From positions 64,001-128,000 of the IMG/VR virus record IMGVR_UViG_3300032893_000005: DNA of 64,000 bases; one strand, 5' to 3'. The notes under the pieces were generated by a model. That model searched no databases, had not been told where the DNA came from, and was given only the letters and a program-made list of their open reading frames with translations. Numbering within the stretch: the stretch's first letter is position 1; the number at the start of each line of letters is the position of its first letter. Below are positions 30,949 to 40,063 of the stretch, in pieces. This DNA is from a virus. The position numbers and the translations under genes are program-made.

Positions 30949-31602
30949 GTGAAGGTCTCGTTCGACGAGAAGATCAACCTGCTGCACGTCACTTACCCGA
31001 CCCAGGTCGAGCTGGCTCAGGCACTCGCTCGCTTCCAGGAACACTACGAGAACCCAGAACTTCGCGGCAAGGTCTTTACCCTAGGAGAACTCCGCGAGTG
31101 GTACACCAATTTCCACGGAGCTTGGACGTACTACGTGGACTGGAGCGGTTTTAACTTCCCATCGCACGTCCTCGAATACTTCAAGGACGGATCGTTTGAT
31201 CCCCTGACTGCACTGGAAGAGGAGTTCCTGGAAGCCGTCCGCTACCGGCGCGGCAAGTTCTACATCATCGGAACCTACGATGGCGACGACTCCACGGTCA
31301 AGCACGAGAAGCTGCACGCACTCTGGTACTCAAACGAGGCCTACAAGGAAGAAGTGCAGAAGTACTTCTCGATATGCTTTCACCTGAGCCCGCTGGCCGC
31401 TCACCTCCGCAAGAAGGGCTACCACGAAGAAGTCATCGAGGATGAGATGCAGGCGTACCTTGGAGCTTCGCACGAGTACCTGCAGGACCAAGGGCTGATC
31501 ACGACGAACTGCGACATGAGCCCAGAAGCTCACTTATTTACTCACGCCTTGAAGATCGAAGAGATCGCTAACAAGTACCTGGAAGCGCAGAGGGGAAGAT
31601 AA
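30949..31602 (+). CDS. Conserved protein with HExxH (zincin-like) motif
   Basis: RFQEHYE.P, DWSGFNFP, YIIG...KHEKLHALWY, DEMQAY. Confidence 0.7.
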   Translation: MKVSFDEKINLLHVTYPTQVELAQALARFQEHYENPELRGKVFTLGELREWYTNFHGAWTYYVDWSGFNFPSHVLEYFKDGSFDPLTALEEEFLEAVRYRRGKFYIIGTYDGDDSTVKHEKLHALWYSNEAYKEEVQKYFSICFHLSPLAAHLRKKGYHEEVIEDEMQAYLGASHEYLQDQGLITTNCDMSPEAHLFTHALKIEEIANKYLEAQRGR

Positions 31603-32067
31603 GTGAACGGCAGCCTACTCCACTTCGAGAAGACGGACAAGGTCGTCGTTCACTACGCGAAGCTCAACTCCGTGGACCTGGGGGTCGAATTCTTCACGAT
31701 GATCATGAGGCCGATCGCGTTCGCGACGCCAAGCCACGAGTACGTGAGGGTAGGTTACCAGGAGATGATGGCTGATCCGCGCGGGGCCTTGGGATGCCTG
31801 AAGCGGGCCGTGCTGAAGCGCTACGTGGGCATGCTGAACGCATCTGTCAACTCTTCAGACGAAGAGAGGCTGATGCAGGAGGCTGGCTTAGGATGGATGT
31901 GGGAGATCAACGACGTCGAGCTTGTCGAGTGTCGCCTGCTTGTCCCGAAGATGCCTGTCTACGACGTGCCGCACGCTCTGCTCGTCTCTCACGTAGCCGA
32001 TGCTCACGTCCTTCCTCATCCAGAAGGTTATGCACCGCCACTCGCATTCCAAGAACTGCAGCAATAA
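31603..32067 (+). CDS. Hypothetical protein, last gene of + arm
   Basis: GTG directly after upstream stop; converges on the - arm. Confidence 0.6.
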   Translation: MNGSLLHFEKTDKVVVHYAKLNSVDLGVEFFTMIMRPIAFATPSHEYVRVGYQEMMADPRGALGCLKRAVLKRYVGMLNASVNSSDEERLMQEAGLGWMWEINDVELVECRLLVPKMPVYDVPHALLVSHVADAHVLPHPEGYAPPLAFQELQQ

Positions 32068-32097
32068 CCAGACAACCAACAGGGATGAGCGGACCCA

Positions 32098-32280
32098 TCA
32101 GTTCTGCCCCTGCTTCTTCTTGAGTTCCTTAGCCCGCTTGCGAGCCTTGGCCTCTTCGCCGACCTTGTAGCTGAAGCCGCAGGTCGGACACTTCTTGTAG
32201 AACGAGTTCGTAGGGTGTCCTAGGACGTAGGAGAAGCACACCGGGCAGTGCTGGATGGGAGCGTCGCTTGAGTCTTCCAT
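32098..32280 (-). CDS. Small zinc-ribbon protein
   Basis: CPVC...CPTCG; likely ATG at 32280. Confidence 0.65.
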   Translation of the reverse strand: MEDSSDAPIQHCPVCFSYVLGHPTNSFYKKCPTCGFSYKVGEEAKARKRAKELKKKQGQN

Positions 32281-32287
32281 GAAGATC

Positions 32288-33010
32288 TTATAGGTCGATG
32301 AGCGGAGTATTAGACCAGGCAGCGATCGGTACTCGATACTGGCCAGACTCAATCTGACCTGTAGCAAACGGAGAGGCGTTACCGTTCATGGGCGTACCGT
32401 TCAAGGTGTTGGCAGTGTTGAAGTACAGGTTGGATGTGGTTTGTCCAGGGAGAGCGACGAGGCGAGTCTCGCCCACGTTACTGTTGTTCAAGCACGTTCC
32501 CAAGAACAGTGTTCCAGAAGGGATCAGGGTTGAGTCGACCAGGATGTTCGTAGGCAGAGGAAGAAGTGCTATAGCAGAAGAAACGGTACCGGTGGTGAAG
32601 CGGTAGTCGCAGGTGATGTTCTTCCCGTCGCGGTTGTAGTAGAAGTTAGCCCCAGTGAGAGTGCCTAGACCGCCGCCAGCCGTGCCTTGAAACAGGAGGG
32701 TTGTCTCTGTGCGTGGTAAGCCTACGATCGTGACGAACGATCCGAACGCTCCGCTGCTGTCAGCCAGGAAAGCCCCAACCAGGAGTGCACCAGAGTTCGA
32801 TCCTCGAAACGTACTGGAGACGCTAGAGCTGACTTGTAGAGCACCGTTCAAGAGGTAGACGTAGTACATGGTTCCAGCAGTCAAGCTTGGAACTGCGACG
32901 GTCAGCGTAAATCCAGCTACGGTAGCAGATATGATGCCGGAGCCCTGTGACAGACTGCTTGGCAGAACGTACGTAAGTCCGGGGGTTGTGAAGAGGTTGG
33001 TAGCTGGCAT
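32288..33010 (-). CDS. Virion fibre/receptor-binding accessory protein
   Basis: G/S/T-rich beta protein; end of fibre operon. Confidence 0.6.
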   Translation of the reverse strand: MPATNLFTTPGLTYVLPSSLSQGSGIISATVAGFTLTVAVPSLTAGTMYYVYLLNGALQVSSSVSSTFRGSNSGALLVGAFLADSSGAFGSFVTIVGLPRTETTLLFQGTAGGGLGTLTGANFYYNRDGKNITCDYRFTTGTVSSAIALLPLPTNILVDSTLIPSGTLFLGTCLNNSNVGETRLVALPGQTTSNLYFNTANTLNGTPMNGNASPFATGQIESGQYRVPIAAWSNTPLIDL

Positions 33011-33011
33011 G

Positions 33012-33356
33012 TTACTGTCCCATCAGCGCGTTGATCTCGTCGTCGGTCAAGCCCAGCGCCTTGAGCTTTGATAGACCGGAAGCCTTGGCCTTGGCCTGAG
33101 CGTTGGCGACGTCAGCTCTGCGATCCTCTGCGGACTGGTAGTTCTTGTACTCAGCCGACTTCTTGTTGATCTTGTTCCAGTAGCTGACGACCGCACTGCG
33201 GACGTCTTGACCGGGCTCATCAGTGAAGTGAACCTGGAACTGTGAGTTCGCAGAGCATCCGCAGTACTTGTCGCCCGCGTTCTTGGCGAGCCAAGCGTGG
33301 ACGAGGTTCATGTCTACTTTGAAGGCTTTCCAATCAAGGTTGATGTCGATGGTCAT
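33012..33356 (-). CDS. Putative fibre-associated/assembly protein
   Basis: C-terminal KASGLSKLKALGLTDDEINAL motif commonly found next to fibre genes. Confidence 0.55.
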   Translation of the reverse strand: MTIDINLDWKAFKVDMNLVHAWLAKNAGDKYCGCSANSQFQVHFTDEPGQDVRSAVVSYWNKINKKSAEYKNYQSAEDRRADVANAQAKAKASGLSKLKALGLTDDEINALMGQ

Positions 33357-33357
33357 G

Positions 33358-35994
33358 TTACCTCTCCCTCACGGTGAGTATGCGAGCGCCGATGTTGCCT
33401 GTACTCGTGTTTACAAACCAGTACAGGTCTACCTTGTGATAGCCAGGGGCAACCTGAACGATGAAACTGTCAGTAATGGTAGAACCGGCTGTTCCCACCG
33501 CACTAGCCTTAGAGTTACCCACCGCAACACCGTCTACGTAAACTTGGAGGTTAACTGAGTCTCCAGCACCACCGCTGTTGGAGACGACGGCGGAGTAGCT
33601 TATGTCTAACGGTCCCCCGTTCGTCTTGATGGTGCATGATAGGTCGGGAACAGGGATTGCTGTAGTAGACGTCGTGGTCGGCGTTGCCGTGACTCCAACT
33701 GCCTGCGACCACGCCTTCACTGCAGGCAAAGCATCCTTGACCGGAGTTGACTTTCGGTTATCGCTGATCGAGTTAGATCCAATGTTCAGGGTGTTCTGGA
33801 GATCCGCGTAGACGTTCGGCTTGTACGAGTGGATCGGAACGATGAGTTGGATGTCCGGGAAGAAGAAGCTTCCAGTTCCAGCACTCCTCTGGATGGTGAT
33901 CGTGTGGATGCCTAAGCTTAGTCCAGAGATCGAGATGCGACCGGGGATCAGTCCAGTTGCAGTAGTGGTGGTGTACGTTCCACCACCGCCGTTGCTCATG
34001 TTCTGAAGGGCAGTTGCGGTAGCATACAGACTTCCGTCAACGGAGACCTGAACGCTGAACGTGCCTCCGACGGAGTTTTCTACGGTTAATACTGCCCCAG
34101 TACCGAAGAAAGTGTACGATGCTGGTTGGCTGTTGTTGGTGGAAGTACTCGTGTCCCATCCAGAGGGGTACGTGGTGCTCGACTGTATCGTCCAGTTGGC
34201 ACCCGTGTAGACAAACTCTCTGGCAATGCTCTTGTACAGTGTTCCCTGAGCTAAGATGAGAGCACCGTTCGCAGTGTTGTCTGTGAGTGCAGAAGTGCTG
34301 AAGTTTGCCATCACGTTGTAGTCAGCAATCTCCACGGTTCCAGAAGGAAGCGAAGGCTTCTTGGGCTGGTAAACCATGAACTTGACTATGCCGCCTAAAC
34401 CGCTGGTAACAGCAGTCAGGGTGAGCTTAAACGTGTGGCTGCCGTAGGGCAGTCCAGACACGACCTTTACGATCTGTGTTCCACTAGTCGGCAAGGTGAT
34501 GGCAGCCGCAGTGCTACCGTCGATTGCGTAGGTAAAGCTTGCTCCCACTAACGAAGACGCGGTGTACTGTATGTCAAGGCCAGTGCCGACGAACGTCAGG
34601 ATATGGCTCTGCGATGAAGCGCTGTGCCCTAGCGCATCATAGCCGTTGATGGCTGAAAAGTTACAACCAGTCGACGATAACGTGGTCGTACCGTCGTCCA
34701 AGGTAAATGCGGCAACTTGGCTACCCGACACTCTGCTGAAGTCGTCAGTGCGGCCTGCACCAAACTCACGCGGGAAGTATGTTTTAGCAACTTCTTCGTT
34801 CGTGTGGTCCGCAGATGTCAAGAGTGCAGAAGAGGTGTTGACTGCCTGCCACGCACTTCCGATAGACCCGTCACCGTTCTGGTAGACCAGGACTCGTCCG
34901 CCTCTGGTGCCGGTAGCGATAGCGTTGTACGCGAACGTAGACTGAGCAGAAGTGGTGTACTTCTTCCCTTGAACGTACCCAACACCAGGGCTAACCGTGA
35001 TGTTCGATGACTCGTTCAAGAACTCAAAGCCCTGAACCCCGATCTGGACTGCGGACGTGAAGTTGATCTTTACGGTGTGAATGCCGAGGGTAAGGCCGGA
35101 GACCGCCTTGATGATCCCGTCCGATGCGTAGTTCCTTCCAGAGAGCACGTTTGAGAACGAGCTGCTCCAGATGTTAGCCCCAGCGGCACCGCCGTCGGTC
35201 GCAACGGTGATGGTCGCTGCCGCACTGCCGATCGCAAACAGGCAGTTCAGGCCAGTCCCGTAGAAGGTAACTTCGATGTAGTCAGAGCCAGAAGTTGACG
35301 GTAAGATGTAGAGGCCGGAAGTAGTAGCTCCGCTGTTCGTCCAGTTACCGACGAACCTTACTTGTCCGAAGGTATCGTTGATTAAGCCAGAGACCGTCTC
35401 CCCGTTTGGACCATACTCGTTTTGAATCTGAAAGATCGACTGAGAAGGTATGCGTTCAACGCCCATCCTCGCCTTCAAGTTCTGGGAAAGGTCAGCCATC
35501 GAAGCGCGGTTGGTTATGGTCGAGTAGAACGTGCCAGCAGCCGGAGTTCCGGTAGTGGTAGTGGCGGTTATCGTACTGTCAGTCTGACTGACGAAGCCCT
35601 GGAAGCCAGACGCCATCTCAGCATAGAGCTGAGTGAACCGGTTGTCGGTCAGGAACTCAGACTCCTTCTTCAAGCCCAGCTTGTAAGCGAGGATGTTCAG
35701 GTTAGCGGGCAAGTTGTAGTTGAGCGTAACCTGCGAAGAGGTGTTGTCAGAGGCGATGCTGGTGAAGGTGTAGTCGTTCGACGAGCCGAGCGTGAGAAGC
35801 TTGCCATCTACGTACAGCAAGAACTGGTCAGTCAGGGACTGGTCGATGCTGAAGGTCATGTTGATGACGTTCTGGTTAGCGGTCGACGTCGCCGTGTACT
35901 TCGAGAGGACCGGTTGGATCGGCGAGTACGGGAGGTCGTTGGTCGTCGTCCGCTTGACCGTGCCTTTGGGATTTAGTACTTGTGATGCTGGCAT
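33358..35994 (-). CDS. Fibre protein with three repeated carbohydrate-binding-like beta-sandwiches
   Basis: Three copies of TFxGTG...DG...SGLxxGxHT. Confidence 0.7.
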   Translation of the reverse strand: MPASQVLNPKGTVKRTTTNDLPYSPIQPVLSKYTATSTANQNVINMTFSIDQSLTDQFLLYVDGKLLTLGSSNDYTFTSIASDNTSSQVTLNYNLPANLNILAYKLGLKKESEFLTDNRFTQLYAEMASGFQGFVSQTDSTITATTTTGTPAAGTFYSTITNRASMADLSQNLKARMGVERIPSQSIFQIQNEYGPNGETVSGLINDTFGQVRFVGNWTNSGATTSGLYILPSTSGSDYIEVTFYGTGLNCLFAIGSAAATITVATDGGAAGANIWSSSFSNVLSGRNYASDGIIKAVSGLTLGIHTVKINFTSAVQIGVQGFEFLNESSNITVSPGVGYVQGKKYTTSAQSTFAYNAIATGTRGGRVLVYQNGDGSIGSAWQAVNTSSALLTSADHTNEEVAKTYFPREFGAGRTDDFSRVSGSQVAAFTLDDGTTTLSSTGCNFSAINGYDALGHSASSQSHILTFVGTGLDIQYTASSLVGASFTYAIDGSTAAAITLPTSGTQIVKVVSGLPYGSHTFKLTLTAVTSGLGGIVKFMVYQPKKPSLPSGTVEIADYNVMANFSTSALTDNTANGALILAQGTLYKSIAREFVYTGANWTIQSSTTYPSGWDTSTSTNNSQPASYTFFGTGAVLTVENSVGGTFSVQVSVDGSLYATATALQNMSNGGGGTYTTTTATGLIPGRISISGLSLGIHTITIQRSAGTGSFFFPDIQLIVPIHSYKPNVYADLQNTLNIGSNSISDNRKSTPVKDALPAVKAWSQAVGVTATPTTTSTTAIPVPDLSCTIKTNGGPLDISYSAVVSNSGGAGDSVNLQVYVDGVAVGNSKASAVGTAGSTITDSFIVQVAPGYHKVDLYWFVNTSTGNIGARILTVRER

Positions 35995-36004
35995 GTCTTA
36001 TCCT

Positions 36005-37120
36005 TTATAGTCCGCAGTCAACTGTCCAGTGAGCGGTATAGAAGTGTCCGGCAGTAAGAACAGCACCGCCCTCTATCGTCACGTAGTTCTCTCCCCAGTT
36101 GAAGTTGGTGGGAGTGATCGACGTATCGCTGGAAGAGTTGTTGTCGTGAACCTTGCCAGCGGTACCAGTAGTGTCCGAGTAGAACTGCACCAGAGTGTAT
36201 GTTCCAGGAAGGCGCTTAGGTACCTTGAACCAGGCCTTACCACCGTCACTCATCGTTTGAGTATCGGTAGCGATGTTGCGGTAACATCCATTTTCGTTGG
36301 CGGTGCCAGGAGCAACTCCTTGCGGATAGCTCTTCTCGTAGTAGCGCTGACACAGCGCAAGCTCTTGCTGGATGCTTCTGCCGTTGCGAGCAAACCCAGT
36401 CGCCGAGAAGCCCAAGGGTCCTTCGACGATCGAGAACTGAGCAATCTGGAAAGTTGCGCTGCTGGTAGCCATCCAGTTCGTGGCAGAAGAAGCAACTACG
36501 TAGCTGCCAGCCTGCCAAGAGTTGAGGGTAGAAGTCGCGTACGTGGTTCCGGCATAACTTCCTATGTCGACGTACAGTGCGTTCGTGTTGTCGAAGTTCC
36601 ACGTGCCAACAGTGTCCATCTGGACTGAGATAGAAATAAACTGCCACGTACTGGCTCCGTTGATGGTAAACGTAGTGACGTAGCTTCTGTTGGTAGACCC
36701 ATTTCTAAGAGCGAACGAGTAAGTTCCAGTTACGGAAGCTTGAGCCCAGAACCCAAAGGTCACTGTTTTTTGATGGATCTTCTCAAAGTCTAGCCCTTCC
36801 ATTCGGTACTGACAAACCTCTACGTAGTCCGAGGCTGCGAAGGATGCTATCCCCGTAACCATCGTTGCCAGTAAGCTGTACGTACTCTGAAATCCTGACT
36901 GGGCTACGGTAGGTATCGTAGCAGACCTAGCTATCGAGTAGTTCTTAACAGTTGATCCTCCAGAATCGTAGGTGAACATGTCGGCGGCATATCCAGAAGT
37001 TGTGGTCGCAGTGTTGACCGTCGTGGTGCTACCCTCGACGCGCTGCCAGAAGTCGAAGGCACCGTTGATCGCCAGGTTCCTGATCTCAGATGGTGTATGT
37101 GCGCCTATGATCTTACTCAT
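36005..37120 (-). CDS. Tail/head fibre protein
   Basis: RNLAINGAFDFWQR ... ELALCQRYYEKSY fibre motifs. Confidence 0.78.
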   Translation of the reverse strand: MSKIIGAHTPSEIRNLAINGAFDFWQRVEGSTTTVNTATTTSGYAADMFTYDSGGSTVKNYSIARSATIPTVAQSGFQSTYSLLATMVTGIASFAASDYVEVCQYRMEGLDFEKIHQKTVTFGFWAQASVTGTYSFALRNGSTNRSYVTTFTINGASTWQFISISVQMDTVGTWNFDNTNALYVDIGSYAGTTYATSTLNSWQAGSYVVASSATNWMATSSATFQIAQFSIVEGPLGFSATGFARNGRSIQQELALCQRYYEKSYPQGVAPGTANENGCYRNIATDTQTMSDGGKAWFKVPKRLPGTYTLVQFYSDTTGTAGKVHDNNSSSDTSITPTNFNWGENYVTIEGGAVLTAGHFYTAHWTVDCGL

Positions 37121-37128
37121 GTTTCACC

Positions 37129-39750
37129 TTAAATCTCCGCGTCCGCAGTCCAATGGATTTTATACGCAGTTTGCGCCGCTGGCGTGACGGAAGTACCAAT
37201 AGTTACACTACCTAGTCCCACTGTCAATATAGATGATGCTATTGAAGCGCTGTTTGTACTAGTTTCCCAGGATGCTCCACCCGAGACAGGATTGATACCG
37301 GTAACTGTCGGTGAAGCTCTCTTCTCTGCCTTGAAGCCAACTGACACTAATAGACCACCGGTAACATTTGTACCGATTGACCACCAACTTGCTGTATCTA
37401 CGACTGTACCTGGAGCTGTTCCAATGTCATAACTCTTCTCGTAGTAGCGCTGACAGAGAGCAACTTCTTCACCAAAGTACCGTCCAGCTCTGGCAAATGT
37501 CATGGCAGTAGCGCCGATGTTGACTTCAGCTTGTTCAACCACGAACCCGTTGTTGAGCGCGTACAAGTTGCCGCTTGATACTCCAGTGATACGAACCCTG
37601 ATGCCTATCACGCCGCTCGCCGTTGGAGTGTTACCGCTGTTCTGGTTGAGCAGAGAAGCGAGCGTGAAGCCTGACGAGTTGACGGTGACAAGCTGCTCAG
37701 TTCCGAAGAACAAGGTCGGCTTGATCTCAGAAGTGGCGTAGGCGAACTGGATACCGACCTGGTTCACGTTGCCGAGAGCCTTGACGTACATGCTGGCCGA
37801 GATGCTCTGGTTTATGAGGTCGATCGACATCGGGTTCTCTATCACCTGGTAAAGCTCGGTCACGTTCGCTTGCGAAGCTGTCGGGGCGGTCGTGATCTGA
37901 ACAGAGCATCCATACTTGGAACCGGGCAAGGTGCCTGTAACTTGTGACATCGTGATGACGCCAGAAGTTCCGAGGCCGTTCTTCACGTACCATCGATCGG
38001 CTGCGACGTAGGACGAGCTGCCGTTTGCGATCGTAGCCGAAGTCTGACGCTGCCACAGGTCGAAGGCGCCGTTGATCAAGTAGTTCTTGAGGCCGTTGGT
38101 CTGAAGCTGAGTGATAGCGGTCGAGTTCTGACTCGATACGTCAACGACCTGAACACGGTAGACGATCATGAAGTCAAGTGCCAGTGAGCTGTAATCCTTG
38201 TCGAGCTGGATGATGGTCGAGCTGACCTCAGTGTAGTAACCGTCAGAGGTCGGGACAGAACCAGCGACGTAGCGCGGGAGCATCTGACCGTTGACGTAGA
38301 CGTCGAGGATGCCGTAAGCGTTTCCTGAGTTCACGCCGATCGGGTACTGAAGACCGCCGGTCAAGGCGATCTGTGTCTTACCACCTACGACGGACAAGGT
38401 GCAGTTGATGGGAGAAGTCGAGCTGTTAGTTACACCGTAAGCAGACCAGAGGGTAGCGCCTGAGGCAGAGCCCAGAGCCTTCTGCATGAAGGCTTCGTAG
38501 TTGAGCAAGTTGACGAAGCCGGTGCCAGAAGACCTTGCCGAGAAGAAGCGGAGGTAGAGGCTCGTTCCCGAAGTCGGGGCCACGTCGCTCTGCATCTGGT
38601 CGGTCGTGTTCGTAGTGCGAGTCTGGAGGGTCATCCAGTTCGTGTTGTCGGTTGATCCTACGTAAGCGCAGAACGGAGCAACGTCGGGCGTCCAGAGGTT
38701 TGATCCAGAGGCCGCGTTGTCCTCGTAGTCCACCATGATCTCGGAGAACGCAGTAGAGCCGAAGGAGGCAGAGATCGCTGCGGCAGTCGAGTTCGCGTTG
38801 TAGTTGTAGATGTCAACCGTGTGGACGCACTGCGACACGCAGCAAGCCACAGCGCTCGGGTTAGAGGCAAAGGCCGACTCGATCGTGAAGGGGGTTCCCG
38901 CACCACCGTCGGAGTTGATCGATCCGATGACCGTGATCTTCCTGACCTCGCCAGTCACCAAGTTGATGACGACGTCACCAGCAGCGACCGTGAAGGCAGG
39001 TCCTGATCCACCGCTGATGTGCATGGTAACAGAAGTGTTGGCGGTTATCGTGCGCGATGCGTCGTAGTTGATCGTGTACATCTGCTTCGCGGCGTTGTAC
39101 GAAGCGTTGGTGAAGCCAGTGTTCGCGTTGACGGCAGATACGGAGTTGGTCGGGCCTTCGGTGAAGGGCTCGATGAACACGGCACGGAACTGGAGGGTGT
39201 CCAGGTCGGAGCCAGAACCACTGGTACCGGAGCCTCCGCCTTGACCAAGGCGAAGCGTCTGACCAGCGTTCTGGGCGAAGCCGTTGCGCCAGTACAAGCG
39301 CTGGGTTCCGTCAGCAGCGTCTACGCGCTTGGCGATCAGGAAGACTTCCTGGTTCGCGTTGACCGCAGCAGACAGCGCAGAGCCGTTGGTGACGATCGAG
39401 AGCGTTGCGGTTCCAGCCGTGCGGTTTAGGACCGCGACGAGCATGTCGCCGGAGTTCGTGAAGTTCTGGGAAGAAGAACCGAGGCTAATGACCTGGGGTA
39501 CAGCGCCAGAGATCTTCTGGTTGACTGTGATCTTGAGGTTGTCAGTGAACTGGACCTGAGTGCCGGTGAACGTGATGGTACCGCCGTCTGTCAGGAGGAT
39601 GTTTCGATCCTCGAACAGCTTGCCCATCTCTCCGTCTATGTTAGAGAGGAGGGTGTCGACGCCGGTGTTCGCCGCGTTGCCGATCATGGACGGAGTACTT
39701 CTCAGTATACTCTGCCTGATGTCCTGATTCGTTGTTCCTGGTCCTGGCAT
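37129..39750 (-). CDS. Long fibre protein
   Basis: C-terminal third paralogous to 36005-37120 (KNYLINGAFDLWQR, EVALCQRYYEKSY). Confidence 0.78.
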   Translation of the reverse strand: MPGPGTTNQDIRQSILRSTPSMIGNAANTGVDTLLSNIDGEMGKLFEDRNILLTDGGTITFTGTQVQFTDNLKITVNQKISGAVPQVISLGSSSQNFTNSGDMLVAVLNRTAGTATLSIVTNGSALSAAVNANQEVFLIAKRVDAADGTQRLYWRNGFAQNAGQTLRLGQGGGSGTSGSGSDLDTLQFRAVFIEPFTEGPTNSVSAVNANTGFTNASYNAAKQMYTINYDASRTITANTSVTMHISGGSGPAFTVAAGDVVINLVTGEVRKITVIGSINSDGGAGTPFTIESAFASNPSAVACCVSQCVHTVDIYNYNANSTAAAISASFGSTAFSEIMVDYEDNAASGSNLWTPDVAPFCAYVGSTDNTNWMTLQTRTTNTTDQMQSDVAPTSGTSLYLRFFSARSSGTGFVNLLNYEAFMQKALGSASGATLWSAYGVTNSSTSPINCTLSVVGGKTQIALTGGLQYPIGVNSGNAYGILDVYVNGQMLPRYVAGSVPTSDGYYTEVSSTIIQLDKDYSSLALDFMIVYRVQVVDVSSQNSTAITQLQTNGLKNYLINGAFDLWQRQTSATIANGSSSYVAADRWYVKNGLGTSGVITMSQVTGTLPGSKYGCSVQITTAPTASQANVTELYQVIENPMSIDLINQSISASMYVKALGNVNQVGIQFAYATSEIKPTLFFGTEQLVTVNSSGFTLASLLNQNSGNTPTASGVIGIRVRITGVSSGNLYALNNGFVVEQAEVNIGATAMTFARAGRYFGEEVALCQRYYEKSYDIGTAPGTVVDTASWWSIGTNVTGGLLVSVGFKAEKRASPTVTGINPVSGGASWETSTNSASIASSILTVGLGSVTIGTSVTPAAQTAYKIHWTADAEI

Positions 39751-39760
39751 GTTTTCCTCT

Positions 39761-40063
39761 TTACGGTGACCTGTCGACTCGGAAGTCTACCAAGTCTCCG
39801 ACTACTAAGTTGAACGTGAACGTGACTTGCGTCTTGGTGCCTGATCCCACGTAGTTGTAGTCAGCGCTGGGTTCTAGGCGTTGGCCGTTGAAGTAGACCT
39901 GAAGCTCAGCTCCCACGTAAGATCCGCTTGCTGGGAGAGTGACTGCGGTACCCGAAGTGATCGGCGATGCGACCGTGTACCGCTGGTCGTAGACTGGCAC
40001 GTAGACGTTAGCCGCCTGGGACCTAGGAAACCCGTTTACTAGGGCTAGAAAGGTCCCTGACAT
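39761..40063 (-). CDS. Small structural adaptor protein
   Basis: LQVYFNGQRL...DY...NLVVGD domain also present in neighbouring fibres. Confidence 0.65.
   Translation of the reverse strand: MSGTFLALVNGFPRSQAANVYVPVYDQRYTVASPITSGTAVTLPASGSYVGAELQVYFNGQRLEPSADYNYVGSGTKTQVTFTFNLVVGDLVDFRVDRSP

Noticed and set aside
36005-37460. Diversity-generating retroelement VR/TR pair
   Set aside because: Shared identity is only 23 bp plus short patches, there is no adenine-specific mismatch pattern over ~100 bp, and no reverse transcriptase is in the window.
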